Shown piece after piece: positions 52,184 through 62,540 of a stretch of DNA of 64,000 nt; positions within the stretch are counted from its first letter, which is position 1; each line of letters opens with the position of its first letter. The translations under genes and the position numbers were made by a program. The DNA is from an uncultured Phycisphaerae bacterium (GTDB taxonomy: Bacteria > Planctomycetota > Phycisphaerae > SM23-33): contig CAVXDC010000007.1 in NCBI GenBank assembly GCA_963760365.1, positions 82,728-146,727 of the forward strand, read 5' to 3'. A model generated the notes under the pieces. It did no database searches and was not told where the DNA came from. It worked only from the letters and a program-made list of their open reading frames with translations.

Positions 52184-53170
52184 ATGCCATCCAGCGTTCC
52201 CGACGTTTCGGAGAAGTGGACCAGCACGATCAACACCGTGGTCCTCGGGGCCACGGCCGAAGAGGGCGGCACGCGGACCAGCACGGTCACCATCGGCGGG
52301 GCCGCGGCGCTGCCGTTCCTGGCCTTCGAGGGCTCGGTCGGCCAGCGGCCCGCCATCGCCGTGGAGGTCTGGGACAGCGGCGGGGAGACCTGGCCCGAGC
52401 CGCTCCGCAAGGCCTACGGCGACGGCCCTGGCCTCGCCCGGGCAGCTGGGCCAAGAAGGCCGTCGAGTTCGGCGCCGAGCTGATCTGCCTGCGCCTGGCC
52501 GGGGCGCATCCCGATTCCGGCGACCGCTCCGCCCCAGCAGTGCGCCGAGACCGTCAAGGAGGTCCTCGCGGCCGTGGGCGTGCCGCTGATCATCTGGGGC
52601 TGCGGCGTGGACGAGAAGGACAACCAGGTCCTGCCGGCCGCCTCGGCCGCCGGCCAAGAACGAGAACTGCCTCATCGGCACGGCCCGGGAGAAGAACTAC
52701 CGCACCCTGGTGGCCGTGTGCCTGGCCGACAAGCACAAGCTCATCGCCGAAAGCCCGCTGGACATCAACATCGCCAAGCAGGTCAACATCCTCTGCTCCG
52801 ACGCGGGCTTCCCGCTGAAGGACATCGTGATCTTCCCCACCACCAGCGCGCTGGGCTACGGCATGGAGTACGTCTACAGCATCCAGGAGCGGGGCCGGCT
52901 GGCCGGCGCTGCGGGGCGACAAGCTGCTGGCCCAGCCGGTGATCTGCGACGTGGGGTTCGAGGCCTGGCGCGTCAAGGAGGCCAAGGCCCCGGCCTTCGC
53001 CAGCGTCACCGACGAGAACCGCCCGCGGTGGGGCGTCGATGTGGGAGGCGGCCACGGCCATGGTGCTGCTGCAGGCCGGGGCGGAACTGCTGGTCCTGCG
53101 GCATCCCGAGGCCATCCAGGAAGCCAAGAAGGCCATCGACCGCTTCACGCCCGGCGGATCGAAGACCTAG
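52184..53170 (+). pseudogene. acsD: Corrinoid iron-sulfur protein small subunit (AcsD); ~5 frame breaks as assembled
   Basis: ATG 52184 follows AAGGAG. The sequence reads WTSTINTVVLGAT..TIGG..AIAVEVWD, then [49 protein letters not shown], and ends LRHPEAI. Confidence 0.75.
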
Positions 53171-53185
53171 GAAAGGACGAAACCC

Positions 53186-53977
<792 letters not shown>

Positions 53978-54018
53978 GGCGACCCAGAACACCATGACGA
54001 TGCAAATGTCCAGGCCGG

Positions 54019-54336
54019 ATGATGCCGCGGAACCTGGACAGCGTCCTGGTGCCTTGCCCTTCCTGCGGGCGGATCGTGGAGTTCTTCACCGACGAACCCA
54101 AGCGGACCTGCCGATGCGGGCACGTGCTGCTGCGGGAAGCGCTGCCGCGGTGCGCCGATTGGTGCCCGGCCGCGGCCCAATGCCTGGGCGAGGCCGTGGA
54201 CGTGCGGGAGCTGGAGCGAAGGCTCTCTCAGGTCAAGAACGACCCCCGCGCCAAGCAGTGTCTGGAGAGCATCCAGCAGCGGCTGAAGGGCAAAGGCGAT
54301 GCGGATGCAAATGCACATGCAAAAAGGTCCAAATGA
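54019..54336 (+). CDS. Small Cys-rich (zinc-ribbon-like) protein of unknown function
   Basis: 105 aa with CPSCGR..CRCGH followed by CADWCPAAAQC. I recognise no family. The 3' end overlaps the DUF3786 start. Confidence 0.4.
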   Translation: MMPRNLDSVLVPCPSCGRIVEFFTDEPKRTCRCGHVLLREALPRCADWCPAAAQCLGEAVDVRELERRLSQVKNDPRAKQCLESIQQRLKGKGDADANAHAKRSK

Positions 54337-55012
54337 ACCCGCCGGCCGGATCACCGTGCCTCCTCCGCAGCAAAACTACGACGAGGCGGCGGCGCAGGCC
54401 CTGATGGCTATCCGCGTGCAGCCGGCCGAGCAGCTCCAGTGGTTGGGCGCCTCCGGGACCGGTCAGGCCTGGACGATCCCCGTCCTGGACGACGTGTGGA
54501 CCGTGGAGCTGGACGGCGGCGGGGTGCGCGACTCGTCCGGCCAGCCGGTCGGGCCTTGGTGGCGGGTCCTGACGTTGCATTACCTGGGCGTGTCCAGCCG
54601 GCCCGAGCCAGGCCCCCCACGATCACCTTCGCCGATCTTCCGGGAGGCCGAGGGTATGCCGGTGTCTATCAACAGCGCGTGATCGAGCGTCTCTGCCGGA
54701 CGGTCGGGCGCGACGGCCAGGCGCTTCGCTGCGCGGCTGAGGCGCTGGGCGGCAGGGTGCTGAGAGACACCGTCGCAGGCTTTGCCTCACCGGCTGCCCC
54801 ACCGGGCGGCGACATGGTGATCGAGTTTCAAGTCTTTCCCCGCTTGCGCGTGCGCCTGGCGTGGTACGCCGGCGACGAGGAGCTTGCCCCCTCGGCCGCC
54901 CTGCTGCTGCCGGCGAACATCGAGTCGTTCTTGGGTCTGGAAGACATCGTCGTCCTGTCGGAGCAACTGGTGGCCCGCCTGGCCAAGCAGGCGCGTGCAG
55001 TCCCAGAGGTGA
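54299..55012 (+). pseudogene. DUF3786-like protein; one or two frame breaks as assembled
   Basis: NYDEAAAQAL..LQWLGA..WTIPVLDDVWTVEL..WRVLTLHYL, then after the C6 run at 54613-54618 ITFADLPGGRGYAGVYQQRV..LLLPANIESFL. The probable stop is TAGA-frame TGA 55010-55012, reached if the CCC at 55002-55004 is really CC. Family assignment is by memory of the DUF3786 pattern. Confidence 0.5.
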
Positions 55013-55020
55013 GACAGACC

Positions 55021-56117
55021 GTGAAGCCACTCTACATCGTCGGCACGCAGCGGGACGTGGGCAAGACGACGTTCTGCATCGGGCTGATCAGCGCCCTCCA
55101 GCAGCGCGGCCTGAGGGTGGGCTACACCAAGCCGCTGGGCCAGCGGGTGAGCGTGGTCAACGGGCACCCGCTTCACGAGGACGCCCTGCTGGTGACGCGG
55201 GTCATGCACATGGACCGGGCGGAGTCGGCGTCCATGGCCGTGCCGCTGACCCGCGGGCGCGTGGAGCATGAGATCTACGACCTGCACGTGCCGGAGCTGG
55301 CGGAGAAGGTCGTCGGCCGTCTGCCGGCGCCTCGCCGCAGACAACGACGTGGTCGTCATCGAAGGGATGGGGCACGTGGCGATGGGATCGGTGCTGAAGC
55401 TCTCGGCCGCGGACGTGGCCAAGCTCATCGGCGCCCGGGCGCTGCTCATCAGCGGCGGCGGCATCGGCCGGGCCATCGACGACATCTCCCTGTGCGCGGA
55501 CCTTCCTCACCGCCCGCGGCGCCGACCTGATGGGCGTCGTCGTCAACAAGGTCTGGCCGGAGAAGTACGACCGCGTCAAGGAGGCCACCACCAAGGGGCT
55601 GGAGAACCTGGGCATCCGCTCCTTCGGCACCGTGCCGTACAAGCAGACGCTGGCGTCTCCCACCGTCGGCCAGGTGGCCCAGCAGTTGGGAGGGCGGATC
55701 CTGTGCGGCACCGCGGCGCTGGGCAACCGCGTCGGCAAGGTCATCGTGGCCGGCATGGAGGCCAGCCACATGGTCTCCTACCTGAAAGACGGCACGCTGG
55801 TCATCACCCCCGGCGACCGCAACGACAACATCCTGGCCATCGTGAGCACCTACATGCTGGTCAAGACCTCCCCCCCGCCGGTGGTCGGGCTGGTGCTCAC
55901 CGGCGGGTTTGTGCCCATGGGCAACGTGATGAACCTGCTGGTGGAATCGGGCCTGCCGACCATCCAGTGCAGCGAGGACACCTACACCCTGGCGGCCCGG
56001 CTGCAGGAAACGGTCTTCAAGATCACCCCCGACGACGAGCAGCGCATCCAGGAGGCCAGGGAACTGATCGGCAACTACGTGGACATCTCCGGCATCCTGG
56101 AAGGCCTGAGCGAATAG
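55021..56117 (+). pseudogene. Stand-alone phosphotransacetylase N-terminal-type protein (P-loop AAA_26/BioD-like plus DRTGG domains, no PTA_PTB catalytic domain); two frame breaks as assembled
   Basis: GTG 55021 follows AGAGGTGA. YIVGTQRDVGKTTFCIGL..KPLGQ..VVIEGMG..VVVNKV..LVITPGDRNDNILA..GLVLTGG runs parallel to the N-terminal ~350 aa of E. coli Pta. Junctions are near 55318 and 55505. Confidence 0.65.
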
Positions 56118-56145
56118 CCATCCCCCAGGGGTCGTTCCCGCTGGA

Positions 56146-56577
56146 TCAAAGGCAACGTGACCCACCCGACGCATCGCCACCGAGGGCATCGCTCAGCCAG
56201 CGGGGCGGGCGGACGCACTTGCCGGACCTGTCGGTGATGGCGTGCAGCGTGTAGCCGCGGAGGATTTCCCTGCCGCTGGCGGCGTCGGTGACGCAGATGT
56301 CGAACCGCACCGACGCCTTGCCCGGCATGGTGGCCGTGGCCGTCGTCTGAAGCTCCTGGTCGAAGCCCGCCCGGCTGAGGTAGTCCACGTGGGCCTGGAC
56401 CACCGGCAGGTGCGCCCCCTGCTGCTCCATCCAGTCATACGGCAGGCCGATGGCCCGCAGCAGCTCCACCCGCGCGGCCTCGAACCACTCCAAGGCCCGC
56501 GAGTTGTAGACCGCACCCATCCGGTCCACCTCGCTGTAGCGGACTCGGAAACGCATGACGTGCTTCGGTGTGCCCAT
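56146..56577 (-). CDS. Acyl-CoA thioesterase (4HBT/YbgC hot-dog fold)
   Basis: [41 protein letters not shown]. The likely start is ATG 56577; the ORF opens at 56619. Confidence 0.7.
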   Translation of the reverse strand: MGTPKHVMRFRVRYSEVDRMGAVYNSRALEWFEAARVELLRAIGLPYDWMEQQGAHLPVVQAHVDYLSRAGFDQELQTTATATMPGKASVRFDICVTDAASGREILRGYTLHAITDRSGKCVRPPRWLSDALGGDASGGSRCL

Positions 56578-56779
56578 CGTGGAATCCTGTTCCACGCGAA
56601 CCGGCTGGAACCGTTGCAAGGAAGGTACCTTTACCCTTCCCCGCGAGGCACATCAAGACCATCCGGTGATGAAGCGGCTGGCCGGTTGATTGCCCGGCCG
56701 CGAAGGCTTAACATGCTTGGTCCGCTGGTCCGGCCCGGAGGGGCTGGACATGCGAAAACAACAGACACGCGAGCGAACC

Positions 56780-58129
56780 ATGGGCATGACGATCACGGAA
56801 AAGATCCTGGCCGCCCACGCGGACAGGCCCTCGGTCGCGGTGGGCGAGAACGTCTGGTGCCGCGTGGACGTGCTGATGACCCACGACGTCTGCGGGCCGG
56901 GCACGATCGGCATCTTCGAGGAGCAGTTCGGCCGCGACGGCAAGGTCTTCGACCCGGAGAAGATCGTGATCATCCCCGACCACTACATCTTCACCGCCGA
57001 CGCCAAGGCCCACCGCAACGTCGACATCCTCCGCGACTTCGCCAAGCGCCAGGGCATCCGGCATTACTACGACCCCGACTTCATGCCGCCGGGCCGAGGG
57101 CATGCCCAACCCCTACACCGATCCCGCAGCAGACCAGCTACCGGGGCGTCTGCCACGTCGCCCTGCCCCAGAGCGGCCACACGCGGCCCGGCGAGCTGCT
57201 GCTGGGCACCGACAGCCACACCTGCACCCACGGGGCGTTCGGCGAGTTCGCCACGGGCATCGGCAACACCGAGGCGGCCTTCGTCATGGGCACGGGCAAG
57301 CTGTGGCTGAAGGTCCCGCCGACGCTGAGGTTCGTCTTCCACGGCCGCATGCCGCCGTACCTGATGGCCAAGGACCTGATCCTGCACGTCATCGGCGAGA
57401 TCGGCGTGGACGGGGCGACCTACTGCGCGATGGAGTTCGCCGGCGAGGCCGTCGCCGCGCTGAACATGGACGAGCGGATGACGCTGTGCAACATGGCCAT
57501 CGAGGCCGGCGGCAAGAACGGCATCATCGCCGCCGACGCAGGTCACGCTGGACTACGTCCGCGCGCGGACCGACAAGCCCTTTCAGCGGTCTACCAGTCC
57601 GACCCCGACGCCACCTACGCCGAAGGTGTACGAGTTCGACGCCTCGCCGACTGGAGCCGACGGTCGCCCAGCCGCACTCGCCCGACCGCCGCGCCACCGC
57701 CCGGCAGCTGAAGGACGTGCGGATCGACCGCGTCTACATCGGCTCCTGCACCGGCGGCAAGACCACCGACTTCCTGGCCGCGGCGACGGTCCTGGCCGGC
57801 AGGACGGTCAAGGTGGACACCTTCATCGTCCCGGCCACCGTCGAGGTGGACGCCGACCTGGACCGCCTCGCAGGTCGGCGGCAAGACGCTGCGGCAGATC
57901 TTCCAGGACGCCGGCTGCCAGCATCGGCCCGGCCAGTTGCGCCGCCTGCCTGGGCGGCCCGGCGGACACCTTCGGGCGGGTCAACGAGCCGATCAAGGTC
58001 GTCTCCACCACCAACCGCAACTTCCCCGGCCGCATGGGGCACAAGCACGCGGGCATCTACCTGGCCAGCCCCCTGACCGCCGCCGCCAGCGCCGTCACCG
58101 GCCACATCACCGACCCCAGGGACGTTTAA
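56780..58129 (+). pseudogene. leuC: Aconitase-family dehydratase large subunit (3-isopropylmalate dehydratase/homoaconitase LeuC/HacA-like); ~8 frame breaks as assembled
   Basis: [70 protein letters not shown]. The pieces are spread over ORFs 56690, 57102, 56242 and 57626. No small-subunit gene follows. Confidence 0.75.
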
Positions 58130-58162
58130 CGAACGAACCGCCCAAGCCTCGCCTGATTGTTC

Positions 58163-58202
58163 GCGCAAAAGACAGGCGAGCCGGCGTACGCATCGGCTCG
58201 CC
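58163..58202 (-). terminator. Intrinsic terminator downstream of the PEP-CTERM gene
   Basis: GGCGAGCCG (58175-58183) pairs with CGGCTCGCC (58194-58202). On the minus strand the hairpin is followed by TGTCTTTTG. Confidence 0.45.
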
Positions 58203-58227
58203 CAAAACATCAATCGCAGTTAGGAAA

Positions 58228-58863
58228 TTACGACCGGCGCCGCCTCCACAGCGCCAACCCACCCAGGGCCAACAGGGTCAACGTGGCCGGCTCGGGGATA
58301 GGGTTCATCTCCTGCTCATACTGGATACTGCCCGTGAAAGACATTTTGTAGCTGAAGCTCAGGCTGCCTCCGCTGGTCGGGACGGGCGTGCCTCCGGTGT
58401 AATCCACCACACCCATATAGCTCCAGAGACGTCCGTCCGCGTCGTAGATCGTCGAAGGCGAGCCCAAAGGCTGGGTCACGACCGACGCCCAACCGGATGG
58501 CGCGAACACCTGTGCGTTGGACAGCGTGAACTTCTTGCCCATGTACACGTTCACCACGTACTCAGTCCACGCAAACACCGTGTCGTTGTCCACGAAGGTG
58601 ATCAGTGTCACGTTGGGATCCTCTTCCGTGTCGGTGGTGAAGTCTCCCAACATGTGGCCTGGGCCCCAATACTGGTTGCCCGTCATGGTTAACTCGTAGG
58701 TGTTGGAGTCCCACGAGGCCACGCAGTCAATAGCGCCATCGCTATCGGCTGCGCAACTATAGTCAGTGATGCTGGCCTGAGCCGGAAGCGATAAACCGGC
58801 GATCAAAAGAGAACCCAGAGCCAGGGGTAAAAGATAGGACCTCATCTTGCCACTCCTTCTCAT
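58228..58863 (-). CDS. PEP-CTERM sorting-domain secreted protein
   Basis: Signal peptide (..GLSLPAQA) and the C-terminal IPEPATLTLLALGGLALWRRRRS motif. Confidence 0.8.
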   Translation of the reverse strand: MRRSGKMRSYLLPLALGSLLIAGLSLPAQASITDYSCAADSDGAIDCVASWDSNTYELTMTGNQYWGPGHMLGDFTTDTEEDPNVTLITFVDNDTVFAWTEYVVNVYMGKKFTLSNAQVFAPSGWASVVTQPLGSPSTIYDADGRLWSYMGVVDYTGGTPVPTSGGSLSFSYKMSFTGSIQYEQEMNPIPEPATLTLLALGGLALWRRRRS

Positions 58864-59162
58864 ACGGCAAAAAGCCTAACAAACACTTCAACACAGGGGG
58901 CAAGAGAGGTGAGCAGCCTTTCAGCCTCCCAGGATGCTCAAGCTAAGCATCCTGTAACAACACTCCTCCGACAACATGACATATTTTATGCGGTATTGTA
59001 CTCATTGTCAATGACTATCAGGGACAAAATCCGAATTCTCTGATAAAACAACCTGTCTGTTTGCCAGGGCGGTAGTTCCCTGTGACACTTCATGGCATTA
59101 AAATAATATAATACCCTTATTATAAATAAGTTATGTAAACACAGCATTGCCCCCCCTAGTCC

Positions 59163-60824
59163 TTAGGTCAGGGGGGCATACCTTTGGGCGATGGGCATCC
59201 GTCGGCCGCTGCCGAAGGCTCGGCGGGTAACCTTCAGGACGGGGGCGGCCTGGCGGCGCTTGAACTCGGCACTATCCACCATCTGCACGATGCGCTGGAC
59301 GGTTGCAGGGTCGAACCCCTCGGTGATGATCTGCTGAACCGTGTAATCGTCCTCGATGTACCGCCGCAGGATTTCATCCAAAAGATCGTAAGGGGGCAGC
59401 TTATCCTGGTCGCGCTGGTTGGGCTTCAGCTCGGCGCTGGGGGGTTTTTCAAAAACGCACCGCGGGATCATCTGCCACGTGGACTCGGCGTTGAGTTGCT
59501 CAGCCAGCTTGTACACCACGGTCTTGAGCACGTCGCCGATGGGCGACAACCCCCCGGCCATGTCGCCATACAGCGTGCAATAGCCGGTGGACAGTTCCGA
59601 CTTGTTCCCCGTGGCGATGGCCAGGTGGCCGTACTTGTTGCTGTGGGCCATCACGATGTTGCCGCGGATGCGGGCCTGGATGTTTTCTTCCGTGGACTCG
59701 CAAGACCCCAGCGGCATCGTTTGGCCCAGCACCAGACCGTAGGCGGCATGGACCGGTTCGATGGGCAGGACGCGCAGCTCGATGCCCAGGTTGTCCGCCA
59801 CAGCCCGGGCATCTTCCAGGCTATGGGCAGAACTGTAGCGGCTGGGCATGGCCAAGGCCAGCACGTTGGCCGGTCCCAGGGCGTCGGCGGCCAGTACGGC
59901 CACGACGGAGGAGTCGATCCCCCCCGACAGCCCCATCACTACGCTATGGAACCCACACTTGTGGACGTAGTCCGCCAGGCCGAGTTTCAACGCCGCCGAC
60001 AGCCGCGCCATCTCTTGACCCACCGGCTCGACTCGGCCGCCTGACTCCAGGTCCGCCACCAACAGGTCTTCGCGGAAGCTGCCTGTCCGGGCTAGTGCCT
60101 TACCCTCAGCCCCCATCAGGCAACTGCCCCCGTCGAAGATCAGCTTGTCGTTTCCACCGACCTGGTTGACGTACACAATCGGGCAGCCGGTGCGGACGGC
60201 TTGGCGGGCCAGCAGCTCCTCGCGGAGGGCGGCCTTGGCCATCTGATACGGGCTGGCGGCCATGTTGACGATCACCTGCGCCCCGGCCGCCTTCAACTCG
60301 GCCATCGGGTCGCGCCCGTAAAGCTCCCTGCCCAGGGCGATGGCGTCCCACAGGTCCTCGCAAATGCTCAGCCCAATCTTTAGGCCGCCAAACTCCACGC
60401 ACTCCCCGGCCGGGCCGGGCTGGAAGTACCGCGTCTCGTCGAAGACGTCATAGGTGGGCAGCAGGCTCTTGACGTGGACGTGTCGAACCGTCCCCCCGGC
60501 CAGCAAGGCCGCGACGTTCTGGAGCGGCCGGCCCGTCTTTGCCGGCGCGGGCCGGACGTATCCCACCAAGGCCGCGACTTTCGTGCAACGCCGGGCCAGG
60601 TCGTCCACGGCTGCGACGTTGTCGGCAACGAACTGCTCCTTCCGCAGCAGGTCTCGCGGCGGATACCCCACCACCGACAATTCCGAAAAAACCACCAGGT
60701 CCGCCCCGGCTGCCTCGGCCTTGGTGAGGCACTCGACCATCTTGGCCGCGTTCCCCGCGATGTCGCCAACAATCGGATTGATCTGCGCCAGAGCGATCTT
60801 CATGCATTCGGCCTGCGGTATCAT
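59163..60824 (-). CDS. nadE: Glutamine-dependent NAD+ synthetase
   Basis: CN-hydrolase domain (KIALAQINP..LSICEDLW) plus the NAD synthetase PP-loop (VMGLSGGIDSS). The likely start is ATG 60803. Confidence 0.9.
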   Translation of the reverse strand: MIPQAECMKIALAQINPIVGDIAGNAAKMVECLTKAEAAGADLVVFSELSVVGYPPRDLLRKEQFVADNVAAVDDLARRCTKVAALVGYVRPAPAKTGRPLQNVAALLAGGTVRHVHVKSLLPTYDVFDETRYFQPGPAGECVEFGGLKIGLSICEDLWDAIALGRELYGRDPMAELKAAGAQVIVNMAASPYQMAKAALREELLARQAVRTGCPIVYVNQVGGNDKLIFDGGSCLMGAEGKALARTGSFREDLLVADLESGGRVEPVGQEMARLSAALKLGLADYVHKCGFHSVVMGLSGGIDSSVVAVLAADALGPANVLALAMPSRYSSAHSLEDARAVADNLGIELRVLPIEPVHAAYGLVLGQTMPLGSCESTEENIQARIRGNIVMAHSNKYGHLAIATGNKSELSTGYCTLYGDMAGGLSPIGDVLKTVVYKLAEQLNAESTWQMIPRCVFEKPPSAELKPNQRDQDKLPPYDLLDEILRRYIEDDYTVQQIITEGFDPATVQRIVQMVDSAEFKRRQAAPVLKVTRRAFGSGRRMPIAQRYAPLT

Positions 60825-60947
60825 AAATGGATTAGGGAACCACCGCCGGTCCAGGCGATAATATTAGTTGAAGGGAGCCTTGTTTTCCAAGCTTTCGCCC
60901 GGTGAAGGCCGAAGGGCTTACCGGCCGCAAGGAGACGATCAGGACCC

Positions 60948-61259
60948 ATGAACACTGTTAACGCAATTTCCAAGGTGCGTTTCGCCTCAGCCAAGCCGCA
61001 GGTGGTCCACCTCCACAAGGGCCGATTCATCTTGGCGGACTTGCTGTGCATGGAGCCCGGCCAGAAGCTCGACGTCCCGGCCGCCGAGCGATTGTATTAC
61101 GTGGTCACCGGCACGGCCAAGGTGGCGGGCAAAGGCGCCGAAACCACCGTCCCCGCCGGGCAATTGGCGGCCACGACAGGGGACGAACCCCACCGCCTGA
61201 CCAATACCAGCCCGCAGCGGCTGGTTTGTGTGGTGATCCGCTGCGCGTCGGGACGATAA
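60948..61259 (+). CDS. Cupin domain protein
   Basis: 103 aa with a cupin_2-like core (LYYVVTGTAKV..VPAGQLA..EPHRLTN). Confidence 0.6.
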   Translation: MNTVNAISKVRFASAKPQVVHLHKGRFILADLLCMEPGQKLDVPAAERLYYVVTGTAKVAGKGAETTVPAGQLAATTGDEPHRLTNTSPQRLVCVVIRCASGR

Positions 61260-61292
61260 GGAATCTGGCATCCGGAATGGCCCATGGGAAAG

Positions 61293-61665
61293 ATGATCAC
61301 CATCTCCGTCGGACGATCTCGTCGCCCAGGCTGAGCTGAGCGATACTCCCTGCGCTTCCGCCGTCGTCCAGGCCTTGCCCATCGAAAGCACGGTCAACAC
61401 CTGGGGCGATGAGGTGTACTTCGACACGCCCGTGACCTGCCCCCTGGCTAAGGACGCTCGCAGCGACATGGAGGTCGGTGAGCTGGCCTATTGGCCGCCG
61501 GGCAAGGCGGTGTGCATCTTCTTCGGTCCGACACCCGTCAGCGGCAAAAAGGGCAAACCCCGGGCGGCCAGCAAGGTCAACCCTATCGGCCGCGTGACAG
61601 GCGATGCGACCGTCTTCAAGGCGGCCCGGGATGGGGAGCGAATCGTCCTGTCGGGCAAGGCCTGA
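61293..61665 (+). pseudogene. Cyclophilin-like (PF04126-type) small protein; one frame break as assembled
   Basis: MITISV (frame 0), then DDLVAQAELSDTPCASAVVQALPIESTVNTWGDEVYF..GELAYWPPG..IFFG (frame 1). The junction is at the GG at 61311-61312. Confidence 0.55.
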
Positions 61666-61692
61666 GTCCGCCTTTCGGGGAGCATCGGTATC

Positions 61693-62502
61693 ATGCGAAT
61701 AGGCCTGGCCACGACATCCGCCGGAACGGTTGAACCGGACGCCGCCTTTGCCCTGGCCCGCCAGGCGGCCGCCGAAGGCATCGAAGTCGTCTACGGCGGT
61801 GAGAAAGCCGCTGAAGCTCTGGACCAGTGGTCCGCGGAGGCCGAGCGTCTGACGACCCTCTCCCAGAAACACCACGTAGCGCTGGCGGGTCTGAATCTGG
61901 CCTTTCTGTGCCATCGACCCTCCCTGGTTACCGCAGGCCGTCGAGCTATCCGCAGTCAGCAGACCATCCGTGACGCCTTGACTGTGGCCTCGGCAGCCCA
62001 GGCGGGCGTGGTGCTCGTGCCTTTCTTCGGGCACAACGCCATTGAGACCCAGGACCACCTGAACCGCGCCGCCGCGGCCTTGGCGGACCTTGTCGAGGGG
62101 GCCGAGGAGGCCGGCGTCGTCCTGGGCATCGAGAGCACCTTGAACTTTGACCAGCAGCAGTTCCTGCTGGACTTCCTGGGCAACTCCCCATTCGCGAAAG
62201 TGTACTACGACACGGGCGACGCCCTGGCCCGGAAGCTGGACGCCCCCACAGGCATCCGCGACCTGGGCAAGGAGCGGATCGCCCAGGTGCATCTCAAGGA
62301 CGTCCGCATCGCCGAAGGCCAGCCGCCGGACTTCGCCGTCGCTTTAGGAGAAGGCAACGTGGACTTCCGCGCCGTCGCCCAGGCGCTGCGGGCTGTGGGC
62401 TTTGACGGCTGGGTAATCCTGGAAACCCCACCGGGTAACGACCCGGCTGCCTCCGCGCAGAAAAACATCACCTTCACCCGTCAACTGCTAACCGGAACGT
62501 AA
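61693..62502 (+). CDS. Sugar phosphate isomerase/epimerase (xylose isomerase-like TIM barrel)
   Basis: LGIESTLN, VYYDTGDA, HLKD and GFDGWVILE, the pattern of AP_endonuc_2 family proteins. Confidence 0.65.
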   Translation: MRIGLATTSAGTVEPDAAFALARQAAAEGIEVVYGGEKAAEALDQWSAEAERLTTLSQKHHVALAGLNLAFLCHRPSLVTAGRRAIRSQQTIRDALTVASAAQAGVVLVPFFGHNAIETQDHLNRAAAALADLVEGAEEAGVVLGIESTLNFDQQQFLLDFLGNSPFAKVYYDTGDALARKLDAPTGIRDLGKERIAQVHLKDVRIAEGQPPDFAVALGEGNVDFRAVAQALRAVGFDGWVILETPPGNDPAASAQKNITFTRQLLTGT

Positions 62503-62540
62503 CAGAGGCATTTCGGAATTCAGATTTACCTTTCCCGCCG

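Noticed and set aside
51375-53170. A CooC-AcsD fusion protein, and a DUF3786-Pta-N fusion at 54299-56117, as the continuous ORFs suggest.
   Set aside because: Each junction keeps a strong Shine-Dalgarno sequence plus a start codon and an out-of-frame stop a few nt upstream. These are separate genes joined by indel artefacts.
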